Source of the DNA: a virus
Taxonomy: Duplodnaviria; Caudoviricetes
Length of the DNA stretch: 33,916 bases
IMG/VR virus record: IMGVR_UViG_3300031182_000013
Coordinates: 1-33,916 of that record
Reading direction: 5' to 3' (one strand)
Below, piece after piece: positions 1-6,158 of the stretch; position 1 is the stretch's first letter; each line of letters starts with the position of its first letter. A model generated the notes under the pieces. That model was given only the letters and a program-made list of their open reading frames with translations. It made no database searches and was not told the DNA's origin. Made by a program: the position numbers and the translations under genes.

Positions 1-33
1 ATCAAGTTCGAGATGGAAGGTTCGATCGGTTAA
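1..33 (+). CDS. sufB: 3' end of host Fe-S cluster assembly protein SufB (partial); contains the probable att core
   Basis: ATC AAG TTC GAG ATG GAA GGT TCG ATC GGT TAA = IKFEMEGSIG*, the characteristic Bacillota SufB C-terminus; lies directly beside the integrase 3' end. Confidence 0.85.
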   Translation: MKFEMEGSIG

Positions 34-73
34 CCCTTGATTTTACGGGGATTTTCAGCGGGGAAAGGCGCGC

Positions 74-95
74 TTGCCCACAATTTGCCCACAAT
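74..95. repeat. Tandem 11-bp direct repeat TTGCCCACAAT x2, probable integrase arm-type binding sites
   Basis: Exact copies at 74-84 and 85-95, between the sufB stop and the integrase stop. Confidence 0.7.
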
Positions 96-97
96 TT

Positions 98-1243
98 TCA
101 GGAGAGGTACCGGGCATAGAGGTCGAGCGCGTCTTTTTCTATTTTCTTCGTGACGTGCAGGTACTTTTCGGTGGTCTTGATCGTGGCATGCCCGAGCCGC
201 TCAGCCACATACCGGATCGTCGCCCCGGCCTCGAGCAGGTGGACGGCATGGCTGTGCCGGAGAGCGTGTGGCGACAACTGGGGCAGGCCCGCGCGCTTGC
301 AAACCTGTTTCATGTAGTCGCGGACGACATTGGTGCGGAGCCAGCGACCGTCGGGACCATGGAAAACCAGATTGAGATCAGACCGCTGGAAGCCGTATCG
401 GAGGATGGTCTCTTTCTGATTCAGACGGTACTCCTTCATTACCCGCACAGTTTCCGGGTCCAGTTTGATCGTCCGGATGCTGGAGCGGGTTTTCGGCGTT
501 GTTACACGCGGGTCAGAATTGAGTGGGTAGATTAATGTTTTCGTGACTGACAGTGTACCGACTTTCAGGTCAATGTCATCCCATGTCAGAGCGAGCGCCT
601 CGCCGATCCGGAGGCCTGTCCTGGCCATAAGCGTGAAAAGCGCCTGATAGTGCCGGGAGTGCTGGTTTTTTGCGCCTTTCGCCGGGACGCAGGTGGCCAA
701 GAAACGGTTCAATTCGTCGACCGTGAAAAATTTGATTTTGCCGGTATCCTCGCTCTCGTCTTTCTTGATTTTGATCTTTTTCAGCGGATTATCCCGCAAA
801 ATCTGAAATTCATAGATCGCGTCATTGATTGCGCTGGAGAAAATACTGTGGATGCGTCGAACGGTTCCCTCGCTATAACGGTCGCGCAGTTCGTTGATCC
901 ATTTCTGGTATTCTGTGCGGGTGATGTCTTTCAATCGATAATTTCCCCAGCGCGGGATGATGTTCAGTCGAACGTTGCGCTCCTGAACGAGGTAGGTATT
1001 CAGTTTCACCGCCGGGCGTTTGAACGTTTCTAGCCATTTTTCCATGTAAGTCGCGATGGGCTCGTCCCCGTTCTCCGCGAACCCGCGTTCCTCGATTTTC
1101 AATTCCTCCGCAGCTGCGGCAAGCTGTGCCTCTTTCTTGGTTGAGAAACCGCCTTTCGACTTCTCCCGGAATTTCCCCGTTCGTCTGTCGATGTACCGGA
1201 TGCGATATTCCCATCCGTCGCCACGCTTGCGGAATGACGCCAT
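98..1243 (-). CDS. int: Tyrosine recombinase / phage integrase
   Basis: N-terminal arm-binding domain (KGGFSTKKEAQ); catalytic TGLRIGE, HALRHSHA, LGH and Y motifs; AAGGAGG RBS. Confidence 0.97.
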   Translation of the reverse strand: MASFRKRGDGWEYRIRYIDRRTGKFREKSKGGFSTKKEAQLAAAAEELKIEERGFAENGDEPIATYMEKWLETFKRPAVKLNTYLVQERNVRLNIIPRWGNYRLKDITRTEYQKWINELRDRYSEGTVRRIHSIFSSAINDAIYEFQILRDNPLKKIKIKKDESEDTGKIKFFTVDELNRFLATCVPAKGAKNQHSRHYQALFTLMARTGLRIGEALALTWDDIDLKVGTLSVTKTLIYPLNSDPRVTTPKTRSSIRTIKLDPETVRVMKEYRLNQKETILRYGFQRSDLNLVFHGPDGRWLRTNVVRDYMKQVCKRAGLPQLSPHALRHSHAVHLLEAGATIRYVAERLGHATIKTTEKYLHVTKKIEKDALDLYARYLS

Positions 1244-1258
1244 TCCGATTCCTCCTTA

Positions 1259-1272
1259 CAAACATACGTTCG
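1259..1272 (-). promoter_or_regulatory. LexA (DinR/Cheo) SOS box just upstream of the integrase RBS
   Basis: Minus strand CGAACGTATGTTTG matches the Bacillota consensus CGAAC-RNRY-GTTYG. Confidence 0.75.
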
Positions 1273-1316
1273 GTTTTAAATGTATAATCAACCGCCTCGA
1301 GGCGGGGAAGCACGAG

Positions 1317-1778
1317 TCAATCGAACATTTCCGCAACCGCCAACGGGTCGAAATAAATGACGTGCCCGTCCACGATCGTGTATGTACCGTACTTCTCCCG
1401 GTACCGGTCGATCGCGGCCTGCAGGAACTGTTCTGACACGCCCAGGTACTCTGCAAGTTCGTACCGATCGGAGACGTGAGCGTGGTAGGCTTGTACAATT
1501 TTTGAGAGCGGGACGAGCCGGTTGTAGGCCCAGTCCCGGGCGCGAAGCTCCTGCTTTCGGTTGCGGATGTCGGTCGGATCAATGATGATTCCAACACTGG
1601 TATGATAATGTCCCAACTCCTCGGCGAGGATGCAGGTTTTTTCGGTTACTGTCGGGACGGTATGGTTGATCCAGATGATGCTGTCGGCATATAAACCCTT
1701 GACTCCCGGGCTCATCGGTTTCTCATAGATGTCTACGCCATGCTGCGCCGCCTCCCGGAGAAGATTTTCGTAGAGCAT
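1317..1778 (-). CDS. ImmA/IrrE-family metallopeptidase (anti-repressor protease)
   Basis: CILAEELGHY zinc motif and downstream KQELRA; lies between repressor and integrase as in ImmR-ImmA-Int modules. Confidence 0.9.
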   Translation of the reverse strand: MLYENLLREAAQHGVDIYEKPMSPGVKGLYADSIIWINHTVPTVTEKTCILAEELGHYHTSVGIIIDPTDIRNRKQELRARDWAYNRLVPLSKIVQAYHAHVSDRYELAEYLGVSEQFLQAAIDRYREKYGTYTIVDGHVIYFDPLAVAEMFD

Positions 1779-1784
1779 GCGGCA

Positions 1785-2138
1785 TCATTCCCCTTGCTCG
1801 CGCTGTCTCCTCTTCATCCGCACGAACTCTTTGAACCGCTCAATCTCCGCCAGTTCCTCCTCAGTCCACTCCTCACCTTCATGATGGGCGGCGAGGGTTT
1901 GGATGTCGTCTTGCTTAGGGTCAATTCCGAGCAGCTCGTCCAAAGAGACGTTGAAAAACAATGCCAAAATCCTTGCCGTTTCCAAACGTGGTTCACCAAT
2001 ATTGTTTTCCCATTTTGAAATCATTCCTTTATTTATGGTCGTCCCGAATTTAGCATTAAGTTTGTCGGCCAGTTCTTCTTGTGACAAGCCTTGTTTGGTT
2101 CTCAGCTCCTTTATTTTTTCTCCCAAAGAATAAACCAT
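1785..2138 (-). CDS. XRE-family HTH prophage repressor (CI/ImmR-like), 117 aa
   Basis: LGEKIKELRTKQGLSQEELAD...ISKWENN...P HTH; C-terminal TLAAHHEGEEWTEEEL typical of ImmA-cleaved repressors; ATG at 2138 with AAGGGG RBS. Confidence 0.93.
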   Translation of the reverse strand: MVYSLGEKIKELRTKQGLSQEELADKLNAKFGTTINKGMISKWENNIGEPRLETARILALFFNVSLDELLGIDPKQDDIQTLAAHHEGEEWTEEELAEIERFKEFVRMKRRQREQGE

Positions 2139-2196
2139 CGACGATCCCCTTCCAAACACTACTTTAGACTGATCTAAACTGAATGATACAGCACAG

Positions 2197-2297
2197 GTTT
2201 CAAAAAAGCAACAAAAAATTAGAAATCCGCGAAAAATGTTATTGACAAAGAAACCGAGCAAAGGATATGATATAGCCGAAGGTTTCAAAAAAGAAAC
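2197..2297. promoter_or_regulatory. Genetic switch region: palindromic operators GTTTC-N6-GAAAC and rightward sigma-A promoter
   Basis: GTTTCAAAAAAGCAAC 2197-2212; GTTTCAAAAAAGAAAC 2282-2297; TTGACA 2242-2247 and TATGAT 2266-2271 (18-bp spacer). Confidence 0.75.
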
Positions 2298-2312
2298 TGG
2301 GAGGTGAGAACC

Positions 2313-2564
2313 TTGCGGCAAGTCAAGCGACGTCACGCACCTTACACAAAACTCAAAGCGCTCCTCGAAGAACGCGGCGTCAGCCAAAGCGAATTGGCCG
2401 CCAAATTAGGTAAATCTCCTTCTGCGCTCAACCAAAACTTAAACGGAACTGGAGGTGATTTTTCACTCTCAGAAGTACGTTTGATTTGCTCGCTGTTCGA
2501 CATAAGTGCAGACGAGTATTTTTTATACCCTGGGGTTTCAGAAAAGAAACCTGATACCGCCTGA
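2313..2564 (+). CDS. Cro-like HTH regulator
   Basis: LKALLEERGVSQSELAAKLGKSPSALNQNLNG HTH; divergent from the repressor; TTG start after GGAGGTG. Confidence 0.88.
   Translation: MRQVKRRHAPYTKLKALLEERGVSQSELAAKLGKSPSALNQNLNGTGGDFSLSEVRLICSLFDISADEYFLYPGVSEKKPDTA
2535..2550. promoter_or_regulatory. Third operator-like palindrome, inside the 3' end of cro
   Basis: GTTTCAGAAAAGAAAC, same GTTTC-N6-GAAAC pattern as 2282-2297. Confidence 0.6.
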
Positions 2565-2597
2565 CCATCACCGGTCGGCACGAAAGGAGGCGATTCA

Positions 2598-3266
2598 GTG
2601 TCCAAACTCATCCTCAACCCGGAATACCGCCTGTACGAGCGGGACGGCAAGGCGTTCTGCAGCAGCCGGCAGGTAGCGGAGGAGTTCGAACGACAGCATG
2701 GCCACATTCTCCGCCTCATCGATGAAATCACTCAATCCACAAGTGGAGTGAGTGAAGAATTTCGTCGCCTCAACTTTGAGGAGTCCTACTACAGGGACGC
2801 CAGCGGAAAAAGGAATCGGGAAATCCTCATGACCAAAGACGGCTTCGCAATGGTCGCTATGGAGATCAAAGGGAAGCGTGCGCGCCAATTCAAAGAAGCC
2901 TACATTCGGCGCTTCAACGAAATGGAGGCGTTCATCCGTTCGCTCCAGGCGGCCAAAATGGAGTTTCCGGCCTTCACGGACGCGATCATGGCAGCGCACG
3001 AAGAACCGAAGCACTACCACTTCTCCAACGAGATCAACATGATCTATCGGATCGTGCTCGGGATGGACGCCAAAACGTTCCGAGAGCAGCACGGGTTGCC
3101 GAAGGGCGAAGTCATACGTCCGTACCTGTCCGCTGAACAGATTCACGCGGTAGAAACGCTTCAGCGGGTGGACATCGGGCTGATCGTGGCGATTCCCGAA
3201 TACGAAAAGCGAAAGCAAATGCTGGCGGAATATTACGAACGATTGAAGCTGAAGCGGATTGCGTGA
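2598..3266 (+). CDS. rha: Rha-family phage regulatory protein
   Basis: SSRQVAEEFERQHGHILRLI...F.ESYY.D..G....ILMTKDGF...A..FKEAYI..FNEME Rha signature; AAGGAGG RBS. Confidence 0.9.
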   Translation: MSKLILNPEYRLYERDGKAFCSSRQVAEEFERQHGHILRLIDEITQSTSGVSEEFRRLNFEESYYRDASGKRNREILMTKDGFAMVAMEIKGKRARQFKEAYIRRFNEMEAFIRSLQAAKMEFPAFTDAIMAAHEEPKHYHFSNEINMIYRIVLGMDAKTFREQHGLPKGEVIRPYLSAEQIHAVETLQRVDIGLIVAIPEYEKRKQMLAEYYERLKLKRIA

Positions 3267-3529
3267 AAGGAGATAACGGCCCAATGAGCAACAACATCAA
3301 AATCACTGATTTGCCCGACGGCGGTTGCATCGTGGAGATGGACGGCGAGGCTGTGCGCTACAGCAAAGAGGAGATCGACGAGATGGAGCAGGATTACGTC
3401 GCAGCCATCCGACGGGCGCTGGAGAGGCAGTATGCAGAAAGCAAAATCACGCTGAACGAAATGCGGATCGCCTCGGGATTGGAGCCGATTGACGATCCGG
3501 CATTCGACCAGTTGGTTAAAAGAGCGTGA
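3263..3529 (+). CDS. Hypothetical phage protein
   Basis: ORF coupled to the rha stop; alternative ATG start after AAGGAG; C-terminal TLNEMRIASGLEPIDD. Confidence 0.7.
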   Translation: MKGDNGPMSNNIKITDLPDGGCIVEMDGEAVRYSKEEIDEMEQDYVAAIRRALERQYAESKITLNEMRIASGLEPIDDPAFDQLVKRA

Positions 3530-3556
3530 TATGCGCAATAAAAGGAGGCGCTATAA

Positions 3557-3814
3557 GTGGAACATATGGTCACATATTTCAGTGAAAAAACAATCGACTG
3601 CAAAATTCCTGAAAAAGTCCTGAACGAAGTCCGTGACACTTTCACCGCCTTCACGGTTGCCACGGAAGTCGATGGCACCGTAACGATCAAGGTCCCGGAA
3701 ATTGAGTACGTCGCAGTGAAAAAGTTCCGGGATGAGCTTTTCGCAAAGCTCGTTGAAATGCGCAAAGAAAACGACGTGCTCGCAGGCAAGCTGGCACGCC
3801 GTCACGGGTTTTAA
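3557..3814 (+). CDS. Hypothetical phage protein
   Basis: 85-aa ORF with AAAGGAGG RBS and GTG start. Confidence 0.7.
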   Translation: MEHMVTYFSEKTIDCKIPEKVLNEVRDTFTAFTVATEVDGTVTIKVPEIEYVAVKKFRDELFAKLVEMRKENDVLAGKLARRHGF

Positions 3815-4164
3815 CCTTCAATTCCAATGATCGTTTTGATTCTATTGTATTTTTCCGTAAGCCGGTTGAAATGAATGTCTGTCCATTGGTGGCTGTGATC
3901 AGTCCTGTAGCATTCCAAACCTTCCTCTACAAAGGTTCGGAGCTCATGAAAGTAATCATCCAGATCATCACGGCCAAGTCGGTCATAGTGGCAGACATAA
4001 ACGGAATAGGCAGTGTTGCTGTAAGAAAGTGCTGAATTCAGGTAGCTAATTGCTACAGATTTGTCGGACCGATCCTTAAAAATCGTTTCATGTGCCTTTC
4101 TGGCAGCGAAATAACTGCTTAATACATTAACCTTTATCGCTTGCATGACAACATCTATATCCAC
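3811..4164 (-). CDS. Antisense-oriented accessory (moron) gene, hypothetical helical protein
   Basis: AT-rich ORF opposite to the early operon; AAGGAGGTGA RBS, GTG start likely 4164 (track start 4176); extended -10 TGGTAGACT at 4201-4193. Confidence 0.75.
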   Translation of the reverse strand: MDIDVVMQAIKVNVLSSYFAARKAHETIFKDRSDKSVAISYLNSALSYSNTAYSVYVCHYDRLGRDDLDDYFHELRTFVEEGLECYRTDHSHQWTDIHFNRLTEKYNRIKTIIGIEG

Positions 4165-4232
4165 TCTCTGATTCACCTCCTTCCTCAGAACTAGTCTACC
4201 AGAAGGAGGAAAAATGAGAAAGGAGGCTCACC

Positions 4233-4547
4233 ATGCCCCCGGAAAAAGCATTCGCCGCCATCATCGATCAGTTGCGCGAACAACTCAAAACCGAGCTCCT
4301 GGAAGAGCTGCGCGCAGAACTCGGCGCCGCTCCGGACCGGACACTGACGTTTACTGAGGCCTGCGAATACCTGCACATGTCGGACTACACATTGCGTCGA
4401 TTGTGCCGCGAAAAGCGGATACCGCACCGGGTCTACGGTGCCGAAGGGTCGAAAAACCCGCGGTATCTGTTCAGCGCCAGGCGGCTGGATCAGTGGATTC
4501 GGGAGCAGGAGGAAGCCAACTACCGGAGGGAGGTCCGGACAGGATGA
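4233..4547 (+). CDS. Excisionase-like HTH DNA-binding protein (HTH_17 type)
   Basis: TLTFTEACEYLHMSDYTLRRLCREKRIPH...YLFSARRLDQWI; AAAGGAGG RBS. Confidence 0.85.
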   Translation: MPPEKAFAAIIDQLREQLKTELLEELRAELGAAPDRTLTFTEACEYLHMSDYTLRRLCREKRIPHRVYGAEGSKNPRYLFSARRLDQWIREQEEANYRREVRTG

Positions 4548-4744
4548 AACCGCATGAACAATTGGAATTGGAAATGGCCGCCGACAACATTGCAAGAATT
4601 AAACCTATGATGCTTGGTTTATATCCAGCAATCGCACAAATGACAAGGGTCTATTTCAACGAATTGGTCAAAGAGGGGTTCACCGAAGCGCAAGCGCTTC
4701 ACATTGTGGCAACACAAGGCATAATGGCACGATTAAACGGTTGA
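4544..4744 (+). CDS. Small hypothetical phage protein (66 aa)
   Basis: ATGA overlap with the upstream stop; MKPHEQLELEM...YFNELVKEGFTEAQALHIV. Confidence 0.75.
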   Translation: MKPHEQLELEMAADNIARIKPMMLGLYPAIAQMTRVYFNELVKEGFTEAQALHIVATQGIMARLNG

Positions 4745-4761
4745 GCATCGAACAATTTTTA

Positions 4762-4896
4762 ACCAACAGTTATCCCTTTAATTCCGTCAAGCGCAGCAGT
4801 AATTCCTTTAAATTGATCCTTTGGTATGATGCCCTCAATTCCTTTCAGTTGATCTTGAATATCTTGGATTGGTTTTAATGCATCAACAAGAGACTG
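4762..4896 (-). other. 135-nt exon predicted to be circularised; 45 sense codons, stop-free once circular (QSLVDALKPIQDIQDQLKGIEGIIPKDQFKGITAALDGIKGITVG)
   Basis: Starts right after omega-G (CAUUUG|CAG) and ends at GGU|UAA; exactly 45 codons; the in-frame TAA at 4761-4759 lies just beyond the predicted splice site. Confidence 0.7.
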
Positions 4897-5170
4897 CAAA
4901 TGTGTTATCGTATCGGCTTTTTATCCGATACCTCTGCAAGTTTCCTTGCAGTTCAGCATACGTCATCATCCACGTGGGATGTCGGGCGCTCGTGGGCGGG
5001 TTATTGGTGATCGTCCTCACCGCCTATGCGTTGCACCTTCCGGAGTACACAAAGCGATCTTCCTCCGGCTTGGCTCAAGGTCACCATATCTCCGGGAGAC
5101 TTAGGTTTCCCTTGAATTCACCCGATTCACATCCGCCAATTGCTTGGCGGAGGGGCCAAGTCGATGCTCA
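4897..5170 (-). ncRNA. Group I intron ribozyme core (no homing endonuclease ORF), lacking an upstream 5' exon
   Basis: Minus strand folds by eye into: P2 UCCGCCAA-GCAA-UUGGCGGA; P3 UCGGGUG/CGCCCGA; P4 UUCAAGG/CCUUGAG; J4/5 GAAACCUAA; P6a CCGGAG/CUCCGG; P7 A(C)GCAUA (5029-5025)/UAUGCU (4960-4955); P7.1 GGCGG/CCGCC; P8 CAUCC/GGAUG; P9 CUGCAAG-GAAA-CUUGCAG; P9.1 GUAUCGG/CCGAUAC; P9.0 AA/UU; terminal omega-G at 4897. Confidence 0.9.
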
Positions 5171-5183
5171 TCTTCCTATCACT

Positions 5184-5192
5184 ATTTTAGCA
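5184..5192 (-). promoter_or_regulatory. Extended -10 promoter for the ribozyme cassette
   Basis: Minus strand TG-C-TAAAAT; predicted start near 5178, a few nt before the 5' clamp arm; no clear -35. Confidence 0.6.
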
Positions 5193-5231
5193 ACGAATGG
5201 AAAAAGAAAAAGATTGCGAGGTGAAGCGTAG

Positions 5232-5501
5232 ATGCTCACCGTCCAAATTGACGAAGCCGAAGTCAAGCAACTAGTCCGCGAGAAAATCGCCGAGCTGGTG
5301 AAAGAAGTCGACGCTGAATACGTGTTCTGGGACGCGAAAGAGCTGATGCGGCGCACCTGTATGAGCTGGAACTTCATTCAACAACAATTTTTCTTCGATC
5401 CCAGGTTCCCAAAATTCAAGATCGGAAACAAGTGGTATTTTCCGGCGCGGGAGACACGCGAATTTCTGCTCCGGTGGTTGAAGGAGCAGAGAAGGAGCTG
5501 A
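5232..5501 (+). CDS. Excisionase-like HTH protein
   Basis: VFWDAKELMRRTCMSWNFIQQQFFFDPRFPKFKIGNKWYFP...FLLRW winged-HTH pattern; GAGGTG RBS. Confidence 0.8.
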   Translation: MLTVQIDEAEVKQLVREKIAELVKEVDAEYVFWDAKELMRRTCMSWNFIQQQFFFDPRFPKFKIGNKWYFPARETREFLLRWLKEQRRS

Positions 5502-5507
5502 TCATTC

Positions 5508-5672
5508 ATGAACATTGCCGACAAAGACCAGCTGCAGGCGGCTCTCCGGGATATCGCCTTTGCGCTCCGGGAGCACTACTTGCAGATGATCAGGGTCGGC
5601 TTCGCACCACACGAAGCCCTGCAGCTGACGATCGGGTTCCAGGATTCGTTGATCCGAGGTGATCAAAAGTGA
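5508..5672 (+). CDS. Small hypothetical protein (54 aa), resembles 4544..4744
   Basis: Hand translation MNIADKDQLQAALRDIAFALREHYLQMIRVGFAPHEALQLTIGFQDSLIRGDQK; AAGGAG RBS. Confidence 0.65.
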   Translation: MNIADKDQLQAALRDIAFALREHYLQMIRVGFAPHEALQLTIGFQDSLIRGDQK

Positions 5673-5794
5673 CTCCGCACGACCGCGACCGCTACGACCG
5701 GTGGATGCGCGAGCAATGGACGCTCGAAGATGCGATCCGCGGATATGCGGTCCTGCAGGCCGGCATTGAAGCCTACGGGAAAGGACGGTCATAA
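5669..5794 (+). CDS. Small hypothetical protein (41 aa)
   Basis: GTGA overlap, GAGGTG RBS; VTPHDRDRYDRWMREQWTLEDAIRGYAVLQAGIEAYGKGRS. Confidence 0.5.
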   Translation: MTPHDRDRYDRWMREQWTLEDAIRGYAVLQAGIEAYGKGRS

Positions 5795-5926
5795 ATGGAC
5801 GACGATCGACTGGAGAAATTGGGCGACTACTTCGTCCACTTCCGCATCCGCGAGCGGTACGGTATCACATTCGAGGAGTTCGTCCGTCGCGTGGAGGCGG
5901 GGACGTGGGTGGCGTACCTGGCTTGA
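5795..5926 (+). CDS. Small hypothetical protein (43 aa)
   Basis: AAAGGA RBS; MDDDRLEKLGDYFVHFRIRERYGITFEEFVRRVEAGTWVAYLA. Confidence 0.6.
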   Translation: MDDDRLEKLGDYFVHFRIRERYGITFEEFVRRVEAGTWVAYLA

Positions 5927-5945
5927 GGGGAGGTGAGCACCAGCC

Positions 5946-6101
5946 ATGACACGGAAACAGCGGATCCGCACCTGCAACCGATTGATCCGGCTCATTGAGA
6001 TCGCTCGAACGCAACGCGCATCCCAGCTCTACCGTCAACAGCTCGAACGGACGCTGTCTAGGCTCAAACAAAAAGAGCAGCCGCAAGAAGCGACTGCGTA
6101 A
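5946..6101 (+). CDS. Small basic hypothetical protein (51 aa)
   Basis: GGAGGTGA RBS; MTRKQRIRTCNRLIRLIEIARTQRASQLYRQQLERTLSRLKQKEQPQEATA. Confidence 0.6.
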   Translation: MTRKQRIRTCNRLIRLIEIARTQRASQLYRQQLERTLSRLKQKEQPQEATA

Positions 6102-6158
6102 AGAAAAAAACCACCTTTTCGCAATTATATCACAACTCCGAGGAGGTTTCATCCATCC

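Larger units (their letters stand above)
4742..5170. repeat. 10-bp inverted repeat bracketing the intron-exon cassette (RNA end-to-end clamp)
   Basis: TGAGCATCGA at 4742-4751 and TCGATGCTCA at 5161-5170. Confidence 0.85.

Noticed and set aside
2139-2387. N-terminal extension of the repressor in the ORF track (200 aa)
   Set aside because: It crosses the operator region and cro; the ATG at 2138 has an RBS and begins the HTH domain
3559-3572. Possible second LexA box GAACATATGGTC
   Set aside because: Mismatch in the conserved GTTC half, non-consensus flanks, and no clear promoter
4910-4951. Two hairpins as intrinsic terminators
   Set aside because: No U-tracts follow them; they fit P9 and P9.1 of the ribozyme
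4745-5170. IStron or homing-endonuclease mobile intron
   Set aside because: The core resembles Bacillota group I introns, but there is no tnpA/tnpB or endonuclease ORF and no interrupted host gene
4742-5170. 10-bp inverted repeats as MITE/IS terminal repeats
   Set aside because: No flanking target-site duplication or transposase seen; the repeats sit in register with the P1 pairing, which favours an RNA role, though a DNA role is not excluded
5127-5171. Minus-strand ATG (5171) mini-ORF as a conventional 5' exon of the intron
   Set aside because: SD spacing is poor, it stops after 14 codons inside the ribozyme, and no upstream U can form P1 with the GCC guide; the only good P1 partner is downstream
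4869-5231. 120-aa + strand ORF from the track
   Set aside because: No RBS or recognisable protein features; it is the antisense shadow of the group I ribozyme
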